NCBI GenBank assembly: GCA_965206645.1
Contig: CBDBKE010000004.1
Location: forward strand, 384,001-448,000
DNA length: 64,000 nt
From: Terriglobia bacterium
Lineage (GTDB): Bacteria > Acidobacteriota > Terriglobia > JAJPHL01 > JAPKYU01
Direction: 5' to 3'
Positions 59,174 through 64,000 of this stretch are shown here, piece after piece; position 1 is the first letter of the stretch; every line of letters starts with the position of its first letter. The notes under the pieces are model-generated. The model worked only from the letters and a program-made list of their open reading frames with translations, made no database searches and was not told where the DNA came from. A program made the position numbers and the translations under genes.

Positions 59174-59854
59174 GGCGACGGCGTTCTCGTTTAGAGGGAC
59201 GGCGTGCTGCATGAGGCTCTCGAAATATCGCATCGAGAACTGGACCTGGGTCGGCCAGAGGACACGCTGGCGGGCGTCCTGCGGGGTCCAAAGCTCCAAG
59301 CCCTCAATGACTGTTCCCTTGATGGTGACGGACCGGCCGTCTTTGCTGGCACCGAGGCGGAAATCCGCGGCGGCCAGCCGGTTGAGCTGTTCTTTGACGG
59401 TCTTGATGGTGCGCCCGCCCACGTCGAGGCCGAGGGTGCGCTTCACGAAAGCCGTGAGGCTGTCTTCGAGCTCAATGTTGGGCGATTGCGTGCGCAGGGC
59501 CTCGGCGTTCAGGTGGTAGAGGACAAGCCGGGGTTTCGGCCCGAAGGGCAGGCCCACGTCCACGAAATCCTCGGTTGTCGGATCGAGGAGACGACCGGCC
59601 TGAAGCTCCAGCCGGACCATGCCGTTCTTGCGCTGCCATAGCCGCACGGCTTCGCCGGGGTCGCGGTAAGGCATGCAGGTCTGGCACAGGACGGAATGCT
59701 GGTAGAGGATCGATTGGGCTTCCTCGTCCTGGAGAGGCATCGAAATGAGCCGTTCATGAATCCGGGAAAGCGGTTTGTGCTCGGGCTTGATGATGGCGGG
59801 AAAAAGGTCGCCGATGCGCTGCATCCCTTTTGCGGTTTTGTCGTCTATCGGCAC
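59147..59854 (-). pseudogene. repA: plasmid replication initiator RepA (IncW/RepA_C-like), C-terminally truncated by the MITE
   Basis: HSVLCQTCMPYRDP, GLPFGPKPRL and HAVPL; the frame runs into the MITE IR right after HAVPLNENAVA. Confidence 0.8.
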
Positions 59855-59890
59855 TTCCCTGCCCTCCTTTCGCTAATTTGCTAAGTTTCG

Positions 59891-60145
59891 CTAATTAGCC
59901 GCCGTTTTTCTTCCCTGCTGCTTTTCCCATGAGTCCACGGCCCGCTTGAGGAGCTGGATGTTTTTGAGCTGTGCGTCGAGTGCGAGGCGCTTGAATTTTT
60001 GCCTGAATTCTGGAGGCACCTTGAAATTGAGATCGACGAGCGTTTCCTTGGTGCTCTGCCCCCGCTGGAGTGAACCCGATACCGCAGTGGGGCTCCCTTT
60101 GGTTGCGAGCAAGGTACCGGCGTTGATCGCTGATGGTTTAGGCAT
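59891..60145 (-). CDS. small ribbon-helix-helix partition protein (ParG-like)
   Basis: LNFKVPPEFRQKFKRLA...LLKRA; coupled downstream of parA. Confidence 0.75.
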   Translation of the reverse strand: MPKPSAINAGTLLATKGSPTAVSGSLQRGQSTKETLVDLNFKVPPEFRQKFKRLALDAQLKNIQLLKRAVDSWEKQQGRKTAAN

Positions 60146-60824
60146 GTACTTTGACTCTCTTCTGGGTATTCGCTAATTCGCTATTGTTCGCTAATTCGCC
60201 TATGCGTTTCTTGGTGAACCGCCAGAGTTCGGCGATTTCCGCGGCGGCGGGGCTGCTTGGATTGATCTCTGGGGCGGTGCGGCCATCGGTCATCGAGGAG
60301 GCATAGTCCACCCGGTCATGCACGACGGATTGGAACACCTGCCCGTGCTGGGAAAGCGCCGCGATGGTCTGGACGGTGATCCGGGCGTTGGCCTTGGCCT
60401 GGGTCAGCACAAAGGCGAAAGGCGTCTCTGATTCCTTGACCAGGTCAAGCGTAGCCCCCAGGGACCAGAGGTCGTTGGGGCTCGGGCGTGTCGGGATCAG
60501 CACCAGGTCGGCGCGCTTGAGCACTTGCCGGTTCTGTTCGGTGAGCGCGGGCGGCGTGTCGATAAAGCAGGAGGCGAAGCCCGCCTCAGCCAAGGTCTGG
60601 AGCTTTTCAGGAAGTTCGCGGAGGTTGACGGGCGCAAGCTTGGGGCTTTCTGCTTCGCGGAGGTTCCACCAGGTGGCCAGTGTTTGTTGGGGATCGGTAT
60701 CAATGAGCACGGCGGGACCGTTCTTGGCGTGCTCTGCGGCCACGGCCAGGTGCGCCGCGAGGGTGGTCTTGCCGCTGCCTCCCTTCTGGGACGTGATCAC
60801 GACTATTTTCATTGGCATCGCCAT
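60138..60824 (-). CDS. parA: type Ib ParA ATPase
   Basis: QKGGSGKTT, IDTDPQ, IDTPP and PTRPSPNDL. Confidence 0.93.
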   Translation of the reverse strand: MAMPMKIVVITSQKGGSGKTTLAAHLAVAAEHAKNGPAVLIDTDPQQTLATWWNLREAESPKLAPVNLRELPEKLQTLAEAGFASCFIDTPPALTEQNRQVLKRADLVLIPTRPSPNDLWSLGATLDLVKESETPFAFVLTQAKANARITVQTIAALSQHGQVFQSVVHDRVDYASSMTDGRTAPEINPSSPAAAEIAELWRFTKKRIGELANNSELANTQKRVKVHA

Positions 60825-61163
60825 AGGCTAAGGTACGCTAATTCGCTCTTTAGCGAATCTTAGCGCAATACGAACCCAAAAGAAAAGGGGGGGAGCGGAT
60901 CAGCCAGTGATTTTGTATCTCATTTGATAGTGTTTAATAGCATTGCACCACGCCCAAAACCGGGGCATTCGGGCCGCGTGGACGGGCCGAAAGGGAACCT
61001 TTCGGCCATACCAGACGCCTGAGCCGCAGCCGTGGGGCGCTGTCACCCGCAGGGCCGTAGCGCAGCGCAGGAGGTTTTCCCAGGGGGTGGACGCGGCGCT
61101 GGGCTCCTAGTGGGCCGGGTGAATTTTTCAGTAGCCTAAGACCGAGATGTTCCAGACCCGCTG

Positions 61164-62009
61164 ATGCTACAAACACGCATTAAAAACCGGCTGATTCGGC
61201 GCGGCATTGTCGCCTTGGCGCTGCTGGCTACGCTGCCCGGCATACCGGTCGCGGCGGGGCAGACATTTGACGAAGCTGTGGCAGCGTATGGCCGTGGCGA
61301 CTATGCCACAGCGGTGCGAGGGTTCCTCGTTCACGCTGAGCAGGGCGACGCCAGTGCCCAGTTCAACCTCGGGGTCATGTACGCCAACGGGCGGGGCGTT
61401 CTCAAGGACGAGGCCGAAGCTGTGCGCTGGTACCGGCTGGCCGCCGAGCAGGGCGACGCCGATGCCCAGTTCAGCCTCGGGGTCATGTACGCCAACGGGC
61501 GGGGCGTTCTCAAGGACGAGGCCGAAGCTGTGCGCTGGTACCGGCTGGCCGCCGAGCAGGGTCACGCCGGTGCCCAATACAACCTCGGGGTCCGGTACGC
61601 CAACGGGCTGGGCGTTCTCAAGGACGAGGCCGAAGCTGTGCGCTGGTACCGGGTGGCCGCCGAGCAGGGTCACGCCAGTGCCCAATACAACCTCGGGGTC
61701 CGGTACGCCAACGGGCGGGGCGTTCTCAAGGACGAGGCCGAAGCTGTGCGCTGGTACCGGCTGGCCGCCGAGCAGGGTCACGCCGGTGCCCAATACAACC
61801 TCGGTCTCATGCACGCCAAGGGCGAGGGCGTCCTCAAGGATTCCGTGCTCGCGCACATGTGGTCCAACATCGCTGGCGCAAACGGGAACGAAGCCGCCCG
61901 GGAGTTGCGGGACAGTCTTGAACGTGACATGACCCGCGCCGAGGTCAGCCGAGCGACTGAACTAGCGCGGGTCTGTATGACCTCGGACTATCAGGACTGC
62001 GAGCCGTAA
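61164..62009 (+). CDS. secreted Sel1-like repeat protein
   Basis: Signal peptide; 36-aa units AQ(F/Y)NLGVxYANGRGVLKDEAEAVRWYRLAAEQG. Confidence 0.95.
   Translation: MLQTRIKNRLIRRGIVALALLATLPGIPVAAGQTFDEAVAAYGRGDYATAVRGFLVHAEQGDASAQFNLGVMYANGRGVLKDEAEAVRWYRLAAEQGDADAQFSLGVMYANGRGVLKDEAEAVRWYRLAAEQGHAGAQYNLGVRYANGLGVLKDEAEAVRWYRVAAEQGHASAQYNLGVRYANGRGVLKDEAEAVRWYRLAAEQGHAGAQYNLGLMHAKGEGVLKDSVLAHMWSNIAGANGNEAARELRDSLERDMTRAEVSRATELARVCMTSDYQDCEP
61338..61845 (+). repeat. near-identical 108-bp tandem repeat (4 full units plus a partial)
   Basis: GAGCAGGG anchors at 61338, 61446, 61554, 61662 and 61770. Confidence 0.93.
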
Positions 62010-62139
62010 GCAGGGCTGGCATACGCAAATCCTTGAACATCGCGTCGTAGGAGAAATTAAGCGGGAGGAGTATTGATGGCCAAATCTTCGGCCAGGTGAT
62101 AGACCACCGCCGGTGGGTCGAGTAACACTGTCCTTTCCA

Positions 62140-62655
62140 TTATTCCTCCAAGTTAATCTGTTCCGTGTTTTTCCCGCGCGCCGCGTCTCGGATCTGCCGC
62201 ATTTTCTCCAGCTCAGAATCAGGAACGTCTGACAGGTCTTCGATGTGCGCGTCGGACACGTCGGCCACTTTTGCGACGGGCGGGAAGTGCTCAACGATGA
62301 CCCTGCTCGCGGTGCGAATTGCGGACACGCTGCCGTCATCGAGCAGCGAGTTCGCTACGTCAACGAACCGGCGGCGAACCTTCACAAGCTCGATCTGAGT
62401 GGCGTCTAAACACTCGCGTACGGTGAACTCGACAAAGGCGGCGCGTCGGCGCACCCAGTTGTGCTTCGTGGACCATCCTGTCCAGGCGCCGGGCGCGGAC
62501 GTTGCCTGAGCCTTGCCGGATCGTTGCCGGTATGCGTCACGCAACGAGCCAGTCTCGAGGTACGCGGCGAACGCTTCGTACGCGCGGTCTCTTTCGTCGG
62601 CGCGGCGGTTCCAGGGGTGCGGGGTGCCAGTCATGGCGACTATTGGGCCGATCAT
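62140..62655 (-). CDS. phage terminase small subunit-like HTH protein
   Basis: PWNRRADE..RAYEAFAAYL...SL...WSTKHNWVRR resembles a TerS-like family; C-terminal DLSDVPDSELE. Confidence 0.55.
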   Translation of the reverse strand: MIGPIVAMTGTPHPWNRRADERDRAYEAFAAYLETGSLRDAYRQRSGKAQATSAPGAWTGWSTKHNWVRRRAAFVEFTVRECLDATQIELVKVRRRFVDVANSLLDDGSVSAIRTASRVIVEHFPPVAKVADVSDAHIEDLSDVPDSELEKMRQIRDAARGKNTEQINLEE

Positions 62656-62879
62656 GGTACCTCCGGGTCGGCCCCGATCAGCTTCGTCAATTCGATCACG
62701 GCTTTGTATTCGTCGCCGTCCTCACGCCGAACCTTGTAGATTTTGCCCGTGCTCGTATCGGTAGCAGTCAAAACAAGGGGTGCTGGTCCTTCGTTTATGG
62801 CGTCATGGTAGCCACGGACTCGGAACCCGCGGTCTTCGATTTCTTTCACAGCGGCACGGGTAAGACTCAGCATGATCAC
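62652..62879 (-). CDS. hypothetical protein
   Basis: 75-aa ORF with ATGA-type overlaps on both sides. Confidence 0.6.
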   Translation of the reverse strand: MIMLSLTRAAVKEIEDRGFRVRGYHDAINEGPAPLVLTATDTSTGKIYKVRREDGDEYKAVIELTKLIGADPEVP

Positions 62880-63006
62880 TCGCCGTTGATGACCTCAACT
62901 GGCGTGCATCCACTCTCATCGCAACGACGGACTTCAGGCGGCTTCTCGCCCGGAAATGCGGTGCGTATCGTGTCTAGTCTTGGTACCAGGAGAAAGGCGC
63001 CTTCCA

Positions 63007-63146
63007 CCTCAACTGGTTTACCTGATCGGCAACGGTGAAGCCCCGTTGCGCCGGTGGTGGGGTTTTGCGGAGCGCCTGGACCGGGCCGGGCAGATCGGCC
63101 AAGGCTTCCCCGATCGGAACAAGCCGTCTCGCCGACGCTGCTGCAT
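63007..63146 (-). pseudogene. N-terminal fragment of a second plasmid RepA-like gene
   Basis: MQQRRRDG / LVPIGEALADLPGPVQAL...FTVADQVNQL (frameshifted); resembles RepA N-termini from memory only. Confidence 0.4.
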
Positions 63147-63175
63147 GGCTTATTCTCCCATGTTCCCTGACTTAG

Positions 63176-64000
63176 CCGGAATTTCCATTTTGAGCTTCCC
63201 CTTCACCCGAAAAGCTATGCCTCGTACCCTGTCGTGTCAACCGCAAACAGCTCTGGCCTCTTTGAGGTGGTAGTGCGGCACATTTTGGCTGTTCTTCGGA
63301 GTCGCTGTGCGGGTTTCGCCTGCCCAGCCTGCCTCGCCGCTGACACTTATCCGGCCCGACCACTTCTGAGCACCTAAAATTACCCTCTCTCCCGGTTCGC
63401 TAGCCATCCGGCAGCGGCAGCGCCGCGATCATTCTCAGCATGCTGCCAAAACGCTGCCGTGTGAGGTGCCCCTCGGCCAATAGCAGCCAGTAATAGCGCG
63501 CATGTTTCACCAGCCGTCCGCCGGTCTTGACCAAGCGCTGCTGCAAACTGGTTAGCGACCAACTCTTGATCCTCTGCGGCAGTGCCAAACGTCGCCACAG
63601 GTTTCCCAGATTATAGGCGATCACACTGAGCCCAAGCCGCACCTGGTTAGACCGGAACCGGTGGCAGCTCAGCCGCGTCATCTTCACCGCCTGCTTGCCT
63701 TCCTTGATCCACTGTTCGGCAGTGCCCCGCTTGTTGTAAAAACGCACCACCGCCCGACTTGGCAGAGTCAAGTTCGTCACGATGAATCCTACTCGCGGGA
63801 ACAGCTCCCCTGGGTGATGCTCCACCCTGGCCACCACCCTGCGTGCTGTCTTCCAGCTGGCCGCTTGGTATAGAAAGCCCTTGAACTCCACCAACGGCTT
63901 CTTGCTGGGTCTCCCCACCGGCCGAGTCAGCAACTCCTCAATGTCCCGCTGTAGGCTGTCGTTAGCCGGGATGCGGATGGCGTACTTTACCTCCCGCTCC
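63176..64000 (-). mobile_element. second IS1380-family element (partial; transposase 3' end at 63400)
   Basis: Same IR CCGGAATTTCCATTTTGA and YNKRGTAEQWIKEGK motif as the copy at 37989. Confidence 0.92.

Larger units (their letters stand above)
59869..60866. repeat. three clusters of TTCGCTAA-like 8-mers (59869-59899, 60169-60200, 60836-60866), putative parS/operator sites
   Basis: For example TTCGCTAA TTCGCTAT TG TTCGCTAA TTCGCC; inverted arrangement upstream of parA. Confidence 0.65.
49355..64000. mobile_element. tRNA-Val-integrated genomic island / integrated plasmid, continuing past the window
   Basis: Begins at the tRNA 3' fragment; contains rep/par genes, IS scars, pseudogenes and a defence-like operon. 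Confidence 0.8.

Noticed and set aside
61338-61845. Regular repeats resembling a CRISPR array
   Set aside because: 108-bp in-frame coding units with no unique spacers and no cas genes; this is a Sel1 repeat

Overview
GC-rich bacterial chromosome segment, probably Acidobacteriota (inferred from gene content: LptF-LptG fusion, stand-alone ClpB-D2 ATPase, DUF58/DUF2071 genes, dif-like sequence). Positions 1-49.3 kb are mostly core genes: argS, larC-metG-tatD-polyprenyl synthase, a broken MgtE-N/NRAMP pair, lptFG, an ABC-exported rhamnose-type glycan cluster (rmlACBD, GT4s, methyltransferases, wzm/wzt), lutABC and a glyoxylate/glycerate cluster. This part also holds a probable XerCD dif site at 16159, an unannotated exported UxxC selenoprotein candidate with a SECIS-like hairpin, and IS1380/IS256 insertions. 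From a tRNA-Val(CAC) 3' fragment at 49305 to the window end lies a decaying integrative element with IS3/IS5/IS6/IS1380 scars, a parA-parG-repA plasmid module, a Sel1-repeat protein and a TerS-like gene. Its most notable intact cargo is a two-gene ubiquitin-ligase-like operon: a ComEC-type metallo-beta-lactamase ending VGFG-RGA, followed by a single ~1166-aa E2-E1-JAB-patatin phospholipase fusion. This resembles 6A-MBL/CBASS Cap2-Cap3 machinery with a CapV-like effector fused on and no cyclase. All calls come from reading motifs by eye; no database searches were run.
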